Notes: generated by a model not told the origin, from the sequence alone. Positions 39,411 to 54,817 are shown, counted from the whole stretch's first letter. The stretch: DNA of 63,999 nucleotides, filler included, from Octopus bimaculoides (GCF_001194135.2; 6 parts of 6 records of this genome joined end to end with filler, not necessarily neighbours in it), one strand, 5' to 3'. Made by a program: numbers and translations.

Positions 39411-40150
39411 TATATGTGTGTGTGTATATATGTATATGTATTAATATATATGTATATATATGTATGTATATGTATATATATGTATGTATATGTATATATA
39501 TGTATGTATATGTGTATATATATGTATGTATATGTGTATATACATATATGTATGTGTATATACATATATGTATGTGTGTGTATATATATATGTATGTGTA
39601 TATGTATATATGTGTATATATGTATGTGTATATGTATATNNNNNNNNNNNNNNNNNNNNNNNNNNNNNNNNNNNNNNNNNNNNTTAATTAATTAANNNNN
39701 NNNNNNNNNNNNNNNNNNNNNNNNNNNNNNNNNNNNNNNATATATATATATATATACATACATATATATATACATGCATACATATATATATACATGCATA
39801 TATATATATACATACATATACATACATACATATACATACATACATACATATACATACATACATATACATATACATACATACATATACATACATACATATA
39901 CATACATACATATACATACATACATATACATACATACATATACATACATACATACATATATATATATATATAAATATACATACATATATATATATACATA
40001 GATATACATATATATACATAGATGTACATACATATACATAGATATACATACATATATATATATATACATAGATATACATACATATATATACATAGATATA
40101 CATACATACACACATACATTAATACACACACACACACATGCATACACACA
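39410..40150. repeat. (TA)n/(TATG)n/(CATA)n microsatellites on either side of a scaffold joint
   Basis: Directly visible. Confidence 0.95.
39640..39739. other. Artificial scaffold-joining spacer
   Basis: N44-TTAATTAATTAA-N44. Confidence 0.95.
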
Positions 40151-41189
40151 TACGTATATACATACAGAGAGTGTGTCTTGACAGAGAGCTTCTCGACCCA
40201 TGCGGCTAAGCTGTGCGGACAATACCAGACTTGGAGCCTCAACCCAAGTACCTAATTCAAGTGAATCTTAATTATTTCTATATAAATATATATATATGTA
40301 TGTGTGTATGTATATATGTACATATATATACACACACACACGTGTGCGCATGCACACACATTTAAAAACCTCCTGCTAATCACTCTCTGTGATAATATAG
40401 GCTCTACCTTTATGATAGCATTTTAATGACTGAAGTCATTATCTCAGTGCAATTAAAGTAATTAAACTACGATAAGTTGACAGTGGCAGCTTTAATGACA
40501 ATGATTATTTTTATAACAATGAACAGAGAAACGACAGTGAGCGAGCGTGTGTGCGTGCGTGTGTCCTTATCTGAAATTGCTCTCATCAATGGTATTTCTG
40601 TTAGTTTTGTGGGAAGAACCTCAAAGTAAGATTTTTATTCGGCAAGCCATGAGAATGATCTCTGATATCTTTAAGTGCTTGTGTGGCTGTGTGGTCAGGA
40701 GGCTTGCTTCTCTCCCACATGGTTTCTGGTTCAGTCTTGTTGCATGGCACCTTCGGCAATTCTGCTAAAGCTCTGGACCAACAAAAGCCTTCTGAGTGGA
40801 TTTGGTAGACAGAAGCTGAAAGAAGCCCATTGTGTGTGTGCATGTCCCCATGTCCCACCACTGCTGACAACCTGTGTTTATATCCCTGTGACTTAGTGGT
40901 TCAATACAAGAGACTGATAGAATAAGGACCGGGCTTAAAAAAAAAAAAGTACTCTGTGCAATTCATTCAACTAAACATTTAAGGTGGAGGCCCAGAATAG
41001 CTGCAGTCTAATGACTGAAACAGATAAAAAGATAAATACTGCGAAATGATCCCCTTTGGATTATGTCTCTTTTGGGCTTCTGTAACTATCTGCTATAACG
41101 TCAAGCAGATCTATGGTTCCTGAGCTGCATTTGGGTCTCAAAAATAAACCCATTGATCTACTTTTGCCTTTTTGTTTCTTTTCCTCTTT

Positions 41190-41303
<114 letters not shown>

Positions 41304-41976
41304 AAGAGAGATTGTGAATTCAATCATTCAATGTTTGTTTTATGATGCTAGCATGGATTAAACAATATATTATTGAAGCACTGTTTTACAGCCAGATGCC
41401 TTTCCTGTCACTAACCCTTACCTGCTTTCACCTGTTGCTGGCGACTGAACCATTTAGTAAAAGCATGGTTTATGCTCCCAGGCCCTACTCATGAGTGATG
41501 CTCATAGTCTTTGTTCTTCCTTTTGCATTAACAGCAAAAATACTCCATACATGTAAACAGTATTCCTGTTTATTTCAAGCTTCTTAAGAGATCTGCATAG
41601 TGTATCTAGGGTTACAATATTGAATGTCTTCTTTTTTTAAGATAGTAGGGTGTAATTTGGGGGAGATTTGGCTAATATTTCTAGCAGGCTGAAAGCTAAG
41701 ATATTCAATTTCTTAATAATGATTTCAAATTTTTGCCACAAGGGCAGCTTGTGGGAAGGGATTAAGTCTATTACATCGACTCCAGTGCATAACTAGTACT
41801 TATTTAATCGACCCCGAAAGGATGAAAAGCAAAGTCGACCTTGGTGGAATTTGAAATCAGAACATAGTGGCAGACAAAATACCGTGAAGCATTTCACCCG
41901 GTGTGCTAACAATTCTGCCAGCTCACCGCCTTATTCAATTTCTTAATAATAATTTGGAAAAGATGAAGTTCCAAGC

Positions 41977-41977
<1 letters not shown>

Positions 41978-42011
<34 letters not shown>

Positions 42012-42450
42012 GGCTGGATTCAACCTGGGCCTCAGCAACAAAGTGCACCCACCACACTTGGTCCATCATTCACTGCCTTGAAGTCCTGAATACATTCCAG
42101 GCCAGTGTCTGCAACCAAGATGTTGATGTAAGTGTCATAGCATTTTCCTCTTCTTACATTACCATGAAGTGGGTTCCATAAGACTAATTTGGATGGTTCC
42201 AATTCAGAATGGCGATTGCAGTGGCCAGATAGTCACAGCCATCTTTGCCTGATTGTCTCACTAGCTTTTGGCAGGTTTCCATAAAGTCATTCACTTGTCA
42301 TATGTTACTGCCATTTTACATTTACAGCCATTTGTAGTATCCTTGTGTAGCATCCATTTAACCCATTTGATAATCTTTTTGTCAGTATCCATGACTCACT
42401 GCCATATAATAGCACTGATTCCACAGCGACAATGGACAATTTGATTTTGA
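41978..42450 (-). mobile_element. 5'-truncated RTE-clade LINE with (TAA)n tail, in an MFSD10 intron
   Basis: VESVLLYGSESWILTKRLSNGLNGCYTRILQMAVNVKWQ*HMTSE*LYGNLPKASETIRQRWL*LSGHCNRH...LVLWNPLHG...DTG is the canonical RTE C-terminus; ends in (TAA)n. Confidence 0.9.
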
Positions 42451-42585
42451 TTCCAAGCTGCCCGGCACCAAAATCATCAAAATCTCTCTCTCGACATACA
42501 ATTTACTCGGAATATCAAACGTTGACATTATGTCCGCTTAAATCTTCGAATTAATATCTCTTTAACAAGTCTGTATTTGACTTAC

Positions 42586-42697
42586 CTGGAATAACCAAAG
42601 CGGGAATGTGTGAGGAAGGTCAGTGTAAATTCCAATCCAGAGAAGATGAATAAATACAGGAAATAAACACAACCAATTATTCGAATGGAAGACATAT
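42586..42697 (-). CDS. MFSD10: Internal coding exon of MFSD10-like transporter (112 nt)
   Basis: 2 nt + MSSIRIIGCVYFLYLFIFSGLEFTLTFLTHSRFGYS + 2 nt, matching the recalled MFSD10 LSSLRRLGLVYFLYLFLFSGLEYTLSFLTHQRFQFS. Acceptor ctttatgttacag; donor GTAAGT. Not flagged in this frame by the ORF track. Confidence 0.92.
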
Positions 42698-43502
42698 CTG
42701 TAACATAAAGAGGAAGTCGATGGAGTTACATCATTTATGATTTTGAAAGGAAGGTTAAAATGTTTTACAAACAAACAAAAAAATCCCTTTCTTCCTAATA
42801 ATGCCAATGATGATAATGGGAAACTTGCAGCTGCTTTAGTACTCCAATGTTTCAGCAAATCACACTCATTCCCCACCCTTATACACTTGCAACCCCCCTC
42901 TGACCTACACTGCTGGTCCCTCTGTCCCCACTCACTTCTATTCACCTTGTACTTTGAGGGCCCACCCAAGCACTTCATCACCACCATTTCTATCTTTTTC
43001 CAGCCCCAATTGATCACTCCCACCCGCTCTATTAAAATGCGAGCAGTCATATAACTCCCCTACACCAAGAAACCTGTTCTGTCCTGGCCCCTTCTCTCAT
43101 GCTTTAACCCCCTCATCTCTTAACATGAAGCTGCCTTCCTCAGGGGTCATTGTCTTGCCAGCTGCAAGGCAACCCCACTAGTGTTGGTGCCACAAAAACA
43201 AGCACTCACAACATACTGTGAAATAGTTGAGATTAGAAAGGGTATCCAGTCATAGAAACCATGCCAAAGCAGACATTGGAGCAAGCATGATACAGTTCTT
43301 GGACCCATAGAATCAAGTCAAACTGTCCAACCCATACCAGCATGGAGTAGTGATGTTAAATGACGAAAGGAGGAATAAGATGAGGCTCCAGTTGGGAGTA
43401 ATCTTAATTCATTTATGTTGAAAACGCCTCAAAGAAAAACAAGATGTGTTGAAACCAATATTGTTATATTTTGGAAGTCACACTAATAAACATTATAAAC
43501 CA

Positions 43503-43658
43503 GTTATTTGTCCATATTTCTTTTCCCACATGAAACCTGTGACTTTCCTAATGGGTATCTATTTTCAATGGCATCTGAAAAAATATACACCCATTAAGAA
43601 GGCCATAGGTTTAGTGCTGTGAAAATATTTTGGAGGCAAGAAATATTGACAAACAACA
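43503..43658. repeat. Imperfect palindromic MITE-like element
   Basis: aaacctgtgactttcctaatgggt pairs with acccattaagaaggccataggttt; the outer arms ttatttgtccatatttc / gaaatattgacaaacaa also pair. Confidence 0.65.
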
Positions 43659-43728
43659 ACCGGTAAGTGTCTTTATAGACATTGTCTCATCCTTCCAAAA
43701 TATAAAGACAAAAGTAATATCCTCTTAA

Positions 43729-43944
43729 CCCTTTAGCAATTAATCTGGCCATATCTGGCCCAAATAAGTTGTTGTATGTTCAAACTGACCAGATCCAACC
43801 TCTCACGTCTACCCTGTAATGTCATTCTAAAAATATATAATTACATCATCAAAATCTCAAAGCTATGAGATAATGCCTGACAAATTCAAAACAATGTGAC
43901 TAAACAAGCATTACATTTAACAGAGCAATCTGAATGCTAAAGGG
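43729..43944. mobile_element. piggyBac-type MITE; degenerate second copy at 44132-44434
   Basis: TTAA on both sides (43725-43728, 43945-43948); TIRs CCCTTTAGCA / TGCTAAAGGG. Confidence 0.8.
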
Positions 43945-45520
43945 TTAAAGATAGTCTTTTATTCAAGTCATGTCAAACTGAATTTTTATTTTCTTCTCCT
44001 GCTTTCAACAATTAATTCACCAGCAGACATTGAGTACATTAACCCTTCTGATCCCAACCTGCCTGAGACCACCCTTGGTTCTATGACACAAACTTGCTGT
44101 TTTAAATTGTTCCTTCAAAATTGTATGTTAACCCATTAAGCATTCAGATTCCTCTGTTGAATGTAATGTTTATCTATTTAAATTGTTTTCAATTACTTGC
44201 GCATTACCTCATAGCTTCGAAATTTTGATGGTGTGATTGTTTAGTTTTAGAACGACACTGTAAGGTAGTTCTGAGACGCTGGATCTGTCCAGTTTGAATA
44301 CTAAAAGGTGAATTTATATTCCAGATACCAGCTTAATAATAATGACAAAGTTATTTTACTAAATTCTTCATTATTTAAAAAAATGAATTAAAATAAAGGC
44401 ACTATATGTTAAGAGAAATATGATAATAAAGGGGTTAATATGTGACCTATTAGATATCTTCATGCTCCTTTGGTTAAATTTCTAAGAGGCATAAAACTGA
44501 AGACTATTAATATCAAGAATTCTAGAGATTGTTAAACAAGGCCTTTATTAATCAATAGTTTTGCTCAAAGCTAAGTATTATCTTTAATAAATTTAATAAT
44601 TCCTACATTGGAATTACATTAAAGTACAGGTAAGTTGTGGAAGAGGGGGACACAGGAAGATGTGGGACGAAGTACTGAAGGCTGATCTCAAAAATGCTGA
44701 GCTTTACAAAGGAGAGGAGAGAGGACCAGTATATGTGGTGCCTTACTGTACACAGGAAGACCCACTCACCACAATATTGAACTGAGATCCTAAAACCAAA
44801 GTGCTGTGCAAAAAGTATTGGTGTGGGTGTTGGTGCCATGTAAAAAACACTGGTGCTGGTGCCACATAAAAAGCACCCAGTACATGCTATAAAGTGATGG
44901 GCTTTAGGAAGGGCATCCAGCTGTAGAAACCAATCTAAAACAGACTGTGGAACCTGATGCAGCCCCTGGCCTTGCCAGTTAGTGTCAAGCCATCTAACCC
45001 ATGCCACCAGGGGAAACAGACGTTAAATGTTGATAATGATGATGATGGTGACAAGTGAAAACATTTTTTTTCCTTTTTTCATCGTATGCAAGACAGGGTT
45101 GTGTGTTTAAGAAGCAACATCAAAATCACATGCTTTCAGGTTCAATTTCCACTTCATAACACTTTTGGCAAATGCTTTCTACTCCAGCCTTGAGTTGACC
45201 AATGCTTTGTAAGTAAAATTTGGGAAACTGTACAGAAGCCCTTCATATGTGAGTAGGATAGGCGAGTGTGAAAGTGTGTATGCAATATTTCATGCAATAA
45301 ATTGGTAGAATTACTAAGTGGTTGAAAAAAAAGGGACATGTATGTGTGTGTATATACATATACACANNNNNNNNNNNNNNNNNNNNNNNNNNNNNNNNNN
45401 NNNNNNNNNNNNNNNNNNNNNNNNNNNNNNNNNNNNNNNNNNNNNNNNNNNNNNNNNNNNNNNNNNATTTTTTTTTTCTTTGCAGGTTGCTTTATCGTAT
45501 CGATTTTTACCCCTTATAGA

Positions 45521-45715
45521 ATGAGCTTAGATCAGACCCATATCAGGTCCACTGCATGCTGTATGAATTCAAGAAGGGGCTTTCCAGAAATGGAAGTAGC
45601 AAGAAATATTCGTTCTGTCTGTGGAAAATGTTCAGATGGTCAATAATGATTTGGTCAGACTTTCTCAGGAAATTTTTTCTCTCACAGATTCCGTACAGCA
45701 TGGAAAAGTGGTTGT
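45521..45715 (+). mobile_element. Mariner transposase N-terminal (HTH) remnant
   Basis: With frameshifts: MSLDQTHIR / HCMLYEFKKG / EVARNIRSVCG / SGNFSLTD, typical of mariner N-termini. Confidence 0.8.
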
Positions 45716-45752
45716 TAGAACAACCATCATGATAATGACATATTTACACACA

Positions 45753-45820
<68 letters not shown>

Positions 45821-45867
45821 AACCATCAACAAAATGACACCATACATATAAAATAAAATACAGTATA

Positions 45868-46270
45868 CAAGTCATCGTTGACTTATGACCGATCGACTTT
45901 ATGACAATTGTTGCACCAGCTCCCGGCAGCAATAATAAATAGTCCAGTTGAAATGTAATGGATTTAATTTCTTAGAAATTAACCCACCTATGGATGATGA
46001 CAGCTAACAAATGCTTCCCCTAGGTTTGATTATTGATTGCCACTGTGTTGGATGACTAACCTGTCGCGGAGACATTGAGGCAACCTCGTATTTGTTTACA
46101 GCATGACTGCTTTGAGACTCCAAAATTTTTGACTAATTCCAGTTTAATAGTATAATACAGAATGTTGTGTGTGACTTTTACTTGAGAATGTACCTTAAGA
46201 ATGTAAAAATATAAAACAAAGCTATGTAGGCAGTCAGAACCAATTGTGGTCGTAAGTCAACGACAACCTG
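45868..46270. mobile_element. pogo/Tigger-type MITE
   Basis: TA on both sides; TIRs caagtcatcgttgacttatgacc / ggtcgtaagtcaacgacaacctg. Confidence 0.75.
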
Positions 46271-46451
46271 TATATCGTCATCATTATTTTAATATCCGCT
46301 TTGCCATGCTTGCATATATGTCTAACCCATGTCAGCATAGTAAAACAGAAGTAAAAATAAATAAATGAGAGTAAAACTGTAAGATGTAGAATGATTGATA
46401 GACAAATAGAAGACTATTGCTAATGCAATCAAGATTATAATGTACACTCAC

Positions 46452-46640
46452 CCTTTTACCAGGAGGTAGAGACTCGTTGAGACAAAATATAATGAACATT
46501 ATGTCCGTCAGAATTAAGCAAAAAGCAAATAAACCAGGAATTGCAAACAGGCCCTGCTGTTTACCAGCAGACTTTGAGAACATGGCACCAATAAAGGGAC
46601 CAATGATGAATCCAAGAGAAAAGGCAATTCCAATCAAAGC
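46452..46640 (-). CDS. MFSD10: Internal coding exon of MFSD10-like major facilitator transporter (phase 0-0, 63 codons)
   Basis: Translates ALIGIAFSLGFIIGPFIGAMFSKSAGKQQGLFAIPGLFAFCLILTDIMFIIFCLNESLPPGKR, matching the recalled MFSD10 segment (AVIGVAFSLGFTLGPMLGA...FLPETLPLEKR). Acceptor tttattttag (46650-46641); donor GTGAGT from 46451. Confidence 0.9.
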
Positions 46641-46946
46641 CTAAAATAAAATAAAAAAAGATATTATTGAAACAAAAATATAAAAGGACTTTTGGTGAAT
46701 ATTTCAGGTTTTTTTTATCAAAATTCTAAATTTGAAAAGAACCTTCCTTAAATTTATCCAGTGACTGAGGAATAAGAAGAATATTATTGTTTCAGTTCCT
46801 TTATGTAACGTATTTAATTTGGGTGAAGAACAAGAATCAATATTAGAATATTTGGTAAAATACAAAGTGGAAATTTCAAAATATTAGAAATTCTAACTTT
46901 CTTAGATTATTAGAGAATTTCTCATTGTATTTATAATATACATATA

Positions 46947-47152
46947 GGTACAGGTGGGGCTGTGCGGTTAAGAAACTTGCTTCACAATCATATGGTTTGG
47001 GGTTCAGTCCTATTGTGTGGCACCTCAAGCAAGTGTCTTCTACAACAGCTCCGAGCCAACCAAATCCTAGTGAGAGGCTTTGGTAGACAGAAACTGAAAG
47101 GAGTCCATTACACACCCACACATGAGAGAGAGAGACAGAGACAGACAGACAG

Positions 47153-47197
<45 letters not shown>

Positions 47198-47365
47198 CCC
47201 AACCAACCACTTGACAATAAGTATTGTTTATGTCCTTGTAACTTAGCAGTTCAGCAAAAGAGAATGATAGAATAACTACCAGGTATAAAAAAAAAAGAGT
47301 ACTGTGGTTGACTTTGTTTGGTTAAACCTATTGAGGTGGTGCCCCAGTATGGCCACAATCCAGAG
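46947..47365 (+). mobile_element. OK-like SINE, CpG-decayed
   Basis: Same head, core and tail as the other copies, with many transitions. Confidence 0.8.
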
Positions 47366-48334
47366 ATAGAAGATAATTCAAAACATGGAGGTTCCAAGGC
47401 TGTGTAGAATGAGTACCATTCACTGAGCGATACACAATATACAGTCTCTCCTCAGGTGCTGGTCCTCATATTCCTTGGCGATCAGTCGTGTTCAGAGAAA
47501 GAGAAGAACCTCTGATTTAGCTGGAAGACCATCCCAGCTAAAATAGGAAAGCCTGCTCCCACTGACCTGGGCAGATCTGGAGGGGCATACATTGAAAAAA
47601 ATAGCCAAAGCCCCTCATGGCAGAACGAGCAGAAGAGGACAATGCTAGACAGACTGACTATGAAGCTATGAAGCAATATCTAGGTTGGTAGCAGTCTGCT
47701 TCAATTATTGTAACCTCTATAATGATTAAAAGTAGATAACCACTGCTTTGTTTAAAAGTGGGGTAGCCTCTGCTATAATCTGGCAAGAGTACTAAAAGCC
47801 AGGGTGTCACAAATAACTTACACCAAATTTTCTTAAACCAATTAAAACCACAAAAACTTAGTAATCAAAAGAACAGGTGAGATCACACCTGAAAACAAAG
47901 AAAGCATAGGTGGATGGGAAAGGAGGTAAGAGGCTCTCAGGGAGTGTTATGACCTCTCATGTCTAAAATTTGCTCAACACCAGGTTTACTCACTGAGAGA
48001 TATGGTGATAAAACTACAGATTTCTTGTTGACAAGTTTGTAATAAATTTCACAACTGTATTTTATTTTCCAACTGGTGTAAAGCGGGTGTAAAGAGGGTG
48101 TTGATTGGGCAATGTTCTTTTATCTTTTGTTTCAGTCATTAGACTGCGGCCATGTTGGGGCACCACCTTGGAGAATTTTAGTCAAGTGAATTGACCCCAG
48201 GACTGGTTTTCTAATTTTGTTTTTTTCAAGCCTAGTACTTATTCTATCAGTCCTTTTTGTCAAACTGCTAAGTTGCGGTGAAATAAACAGACCAAGACTG
48301 GTTGTCAAGCAGTGAGGGGAGGGGACAAACACAG

Positions 48335-48375
<41 letters not shown>

Positions 48376-48475
48376 NNNNNNNNNNNNNNNNNNNNNNNNN
48401 NNNNNNNNNNNNNNNNNNNTTAATTAATTAANNNNNNNNNNNNNNNNNNNNNNNNNNNNNNNNNNNNNNNNNNNN
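48376..48475. other. Artificial scaffold-joining spacer
   Basis: N44-TTAATTAATTAA-N44. Confidence 0.95.
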
Positions 48476-48799
48476 CCTGTTATATATATAAATATATATA
48501 TATGTACATATATTTTGCCTTCTTTCTTTTTTTTTCTATTTATTATTTTTTTTTCATTCTTCTGCGGACCGACAATTCTCACGTGACCCTTCCCCTGCCA
48601 CCACCACGACCATCACCAGCAACAACATCAACAACAACAATCTAACAACAGGAGATAGGAATAATGATGATGATTTTAATGATGATGATAATAATAAAAA
48701 CAAGAACAACAACAACAACAAAATAATAATCTTAAAACGTTTGCGCAGCACCAACGTTTTTTTCTCCAAGGAGTCGTACATACTTGTATTCACGCACAC

Positions 48800-49720
<921 letters not shown>

Positions 49721-49994
49721 TGTATGGGCATTTCAAAGTCGATCATAAAGCTCCCATAAAAGCTGTACTGGCCCTTTCAAATACGAGCTAGGACCTCCCT
49801 ATTGAGTTTAGCATCGCTTGTTTCTGAAGAACCCAAACAGGCGAAAGCATCGACGGTTTTCAGTGCTTTGTTTTGAACAAACGCGCTGGGCAAGAATTAT
49901 AGATTGTTTCGAAGACGTATCTGATACAACATTCAGTATTTTGTTGTATTTTTCTGGCTTATGCTTATTGTCCAATCCCCATATACTGCATTGT

Positions 49995-50235
49995 GGAGGC
50001 GCAATGGCCCAATGGTTAGGGCAGCGGACCTGCGGTCATAGGATCACGGTTTCGATTCCCAGATCGGGCGTTGTGTGCGTTTATTGAGCGAAAACACCTA
50101 AAGCTCCACGAGGCTCCGGCAGGGGAATGGTGGTGAACCCTGCTGTACTCTTTCACCACAACTTCCTCTCACTCTTACTTTCTGTTTCTGTTGTGCCTGT
50201 ATTTCAAAGGGTCAGCCTTGTCACACTCTGTGTCA
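49995..50235 (+). mobile_element. tRNA-derived SINE (further family)
   Basis: TGGCCCAATGGTTAGG A box, GGTTTCGATTCC B box, non-tRNA body. Confidence 0.75.
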
Positions 50236-50970
50236 CACACACACACACAACGCAAAAGACACATACTCATACTATCATACACACACACACACACTACCAC
50301 TTTCTCTACCCCCGCCTCTCTCTCTCTCTCACACACACATACACACAGATACATTCCTATACTCACACACACATCATAGGGAAGCTAGCTAACATACGCT
50401 CTTACCCTCTCTTTCTACTTTATCTCACACACTAACGCAAGATTCTCTCTCCCTCTCACCTCTTCCTATTTTTTCTCTCTCTCTCTCACTCACATGCAAA
50501 CGCACAGATACTTTCTCTCCCTCTTTTTTCTCTCTCTCTACCGTCTTTCTCTGTATCTCTCGCACCACTCTCATTCTTTCTCTCGACCTCTCTCATTCAC
50601 TTTCACACACACACACACACACAAAGGTGTTATCACTGGCGCATGCGTACCGCTGCTCCTTGTACACCTCTTAAATTTATTGGCCAACCACTTCATATCT
50701 TCTGCTTTACATCGATTAATTCCATTGAGATATTTCAGGCACCAACAACAACAACAACAATAAAAACACTATAAATAACAACAGCAACAAGTAGGAAGGC
50801 CTCTACGAGGTAGTTAAGCTGTTAGAAATTGCAACCAAATCTCCCTCAAATTACACCATACTGTCTTATGTACGCATATATGTATGTATGAGCCAATGAG
50901 AGGGACTTCTACATAACAGCTAGAGCTGGTAGAAATAACAGCTAAATCTCTCTCAGATCTTATCAAAATA

Positions 50971-51642
50971 GGCGCAAGAGCGGCTGTGTGGTAAGTAGCT
51001 CGCTTACCAACCACAAGGTTCCGGGTTCAGTCCCACTGCGTGGAACCTTGGGCAAGTGTCTTCCACTATAGCCTCGGGCCGACCCGAGCCTTGTGAGTGG
51101 ATTTGGTAGAGGGAAACTGAAAGAAGCTCGTCGTATATATGTATATGGATATATATGTGTGTTTGTGTGTCTGTGTTTGTCCCCCAACATCGCTTGACAA
51201 CAGATGCTGGTGCACAACTTAGCGGTTCGGCAAAAAGAAACCGATAGAATAAGTACTAGGCTTACAAAGAATAAGTCCTGGGTTCGATTTCATCGACTAA
51301 AGGCGGTGCTCCAGCATGGCCACAGTCAAATGACTGAAACAAGTAAAAGAGTAAACGGTCTTATGCATGTATATATGAGCCAATGAGGGGGACATCTATA
51401 TGGTAGTTAACCCTAAAAATAGCAGCCAAATCTCCTTCAAATCACATCCTTCTGTCTAATGTATATATACATAGGTGTAGGAGTGGCTGTGTGGTAAGTA
51501 GCTTGATTAGCAACCACATGGTTCCGGGTTCAGTCCCACTGCGTGGCACCTTGGGAAAGTGTCTTCTACTATAGCCTCGGGCCGACCAAAGCCGTGTGAG
51601 TGGATTTGGTAGATGGAAACTGAAAGAAGCCCGTCGTATATA

Positions 51643-51681
<39 letters not shown>

Positions 51682-51978
51682 GTAAACACACACACACACA
51701 TATATATATATACGTAAACATATATATATATATGTATGTGTGTGTGTCTGTGTGTACGTATGTGCGTGTGTGTGTTTGTGCGTCTGTGTTTGTCCCCCAC
51801 CATCACTCGACAACCGATGTTGGTGTGTTTACGTCCCCGTAACTTAGCAGTTCGGCAAAAACGACCGATAGAATAAGTACTACGCTTCCAAAGAATAAGT
51901 CCTGGGGTCGATTAGCTCGACTGAAAGGCGGTGCTCCAGCATGGCCGCAGTCAAATGACTGAAATAAGTAAAAGAGTA
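50971..51978 (+). mobile_element. Two tandem OK-like SINEs (50971-51353, 51474-51978)
   Basis: Full heads and aaaagagt tails. Confidence 0.88.
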
Positions 51979-52049
51979 AATAATATATATGATGCAGCAC
52001 AGAATTTTGTCGGTGAACAGGTCGCGGTCTCAAAGCGACGAAAATATTT

Positions 52050-52222
52050 TGGCAAATTAAATTTAAAAGTTGAAGTGAATCTAACGGATCTTGTGTGTTA
52101 TTTTAAATGGCTTATAAACACCTTCCACGCTGCAATTGTTTTCGTTCCAGCACACGATCTCAGAAAGGTAAGTCGAAAGGTAAGCTACTATAAATCGGCG
52201 TGAACTTTCCGAACAACCCAAT
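52050..52222 (-). mobile_element. Mariner-like terminal fragment
   Basis: The minus strand begins TATTGGGTTGTTCGGAAAGTTC, a mariner-style TIR. Confidence 0.55.
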
Positions 52223-52729
52223 AATATGGCCGCAGAAGTGCGACGAAATATCTAGGCACTTCACTATAGACGAAGCATTGAAGATTAAATGCAAAACGAA
52301 TAGTTTCAATTTTTGAGAACTAAAAGTGTCAGAATTATTGACCCATGAGAGAGTTTCTTCACAATTTCTTCACAAATATTCAGAACAAATCGTCATAGTA
52401 CACCCCGGAAATATACAATATATATATATATATACATATATACATATTTAAACACATTCTCGTATGATCGGCTTCTACACAATTTCCGTCTATCAAATGC
52501 ATTCACAAGGCATTTGCCGTCCTGGGGTTGTAGCAGAAAGCGTGTGCCCAAGGTGCCACTCAGAGGGTTTGAACCCGTAACTGCGTGGAGCAGAGGGAGG
52601 TTGTTGACCATATAGCCATGTCTTCGTGTATCACTCTACACACACATACATACATACACCCACACTTAAATACATATCCCCATACACACAAAATGTATAT
52701 GTATATATGTGTATATATACGAGTATATG

Positions 52730-52760
<31 letters not shown>

Positions 52761-52776
52761 ATAAATATGTATGTAC

Positions 52777-52812
<36 letters not shown>

Positions 52813-53369
52813 NNNNNNNNNNNNNNNNNNNNNNNNNNNNNNNNNNNNNNNNNNNNNNNNNNNNNNNNNNNNNNNNNNNNNNNNNNNNNNNNNNNNNNNN
52901 NNNNNNNNNNNNNNNNNNNNNNNNNNNNNNNNNNNNNNNNNNNNNNNNNNNNNNNNNNNNNNNNNNNNNNNNNNNNNNNNNNNNNNNNNNNNNNNNNNNN
53001 NNNNNNNNNNNNNNNNNNNNNNNNNNNNNNNNNNNNNNNNNNNNNNNNNNNNNNNNNNNNNNNNNNNNNNNNNNNNNNNNNNNNNNNNNNNNNNNNNNNN
53101 NNNNNNNNNNNNNNNNNNNNNNNNNNNNNNNNNNNNNNNNNNNNNNNNNNNNNNNNNNNNNNNNNNNNNNNNNNNNNNNNNNNNNNNNNNNNNNNNNNNN
53201 NNNNNNNNNNNNNNNNNNNNNNNNNNNNNNNNNNNNNNNNNNNNNNNNNNNNNNNNNNNNNNNNNNNNNNNNNNNNNNNNNNNNNNNNNNNNNNNNNNNN
53301 NNNNNNNNNNNNNNNNNNNNNNNNNNNNNNNNNNNNNNNNNNNNNNNNNNNNNNNNNNNNNNNNNNNNN

Positions 53370-53400
<31 letters not shown>

Positions 53401-53594
53401 CATATATTATATATATATATATACATACATATATACATACATATACATATATATATATATATACATACATATATATATATACATATATATGTGTGTATAT
53501 ATATATATATATGCACATAAATACATACCTATATTTATATGTATATATATATACATATATATATACATACGTATATATATACATACTTATATAC

Positions 53595-53680
<86 letters not shown>

Positions 53681-53835
53681 GCACATACATATATATATAT
53701 ACATTATATATATATATATATGCACATACATATATATTTATATACACAAACGCATACACACAGACTTACACATAGACACACACACACACTAATACACAAT
53801 CGCAGACACAAAACGATTCATGTATATATGCATAC

Positions 53836-53895
<60 letters not shown>

Positions 53896-54770
53896 NNNNN
53901 NNNNNNNNNNNNNNNNNNNNNNNNNNNNNNNNNNNNNNNNNNNNNNNNNNNNNNNNNNNNNNNNNNNNNNNNNNNNNNNNNNNNNNNNNNNNNNNNNNNN
54001 NNNNNNNNNNNNNNNNNNNNNNNNNNNNNNNNNNNNNNNNNNNNNNNNNNNNNNNNNNNNNNNNNNNNNNNNNNNNNNNNNNNNNNNNNNNNNNNNNNNN
54101 NNNNNNNNNNNNNNNNNNNNNNNNNNNNNNNNNNNNNNNNNNNNNNNNNNNNNNNNNNNNNNNNNNNNNNNNNNNGTTGCGATGATGGTGGTGGAGCGCT
54201 GTTGTGATGGTGATGGAAGTGATGGTGGTGGTAGTAGTTGTGGTAGTATTAATATTAGTGGTAGTAGTAGTTTCACAGTAGTGTGGTGGTGATGGTAGTA
54301 GTGGTGGTAGAGTCACAGTAGTTGTATAACTATGACGGTGTATCGGTGGAGTGGTGGTGGTGGTAGTCATGGTATGTGTTGGTTTGTGTCGTAGTATGTG
54401 GTGCAGCGATGTGGCGTATGTGCAGTAGTTTATGCTGAAGTGTTGCAGTGGTTAGAACGTTCGGCTTACGGCCGTAAGGTTGCGAGTTCAATTCCCTGCG
54501 ACGTGTCATGTCCTTGAGCAAGACACTTTATTTTACGTTGCTCAAGTCCACTCAGCTGGCAAAAATGAATTCTATCTGTATTTCGAAAAGGACCAGACGC
54601 ATCACATTCCACGTCACGCTGAATCGCCCTGAAAACTACGTTAAGGGTACCCCTGATTGTGGAGTGTTTCAGCCACATGCAAATTAATTCAACGAGTAGG
54701 CTGTTCCGTTGATCGGATCAACTGGAACCATCATCGTCGTAACTGACGTAGTTCCAGTTATGTGTGTGTC

Positions 54771-54817
<47 letters not shown>

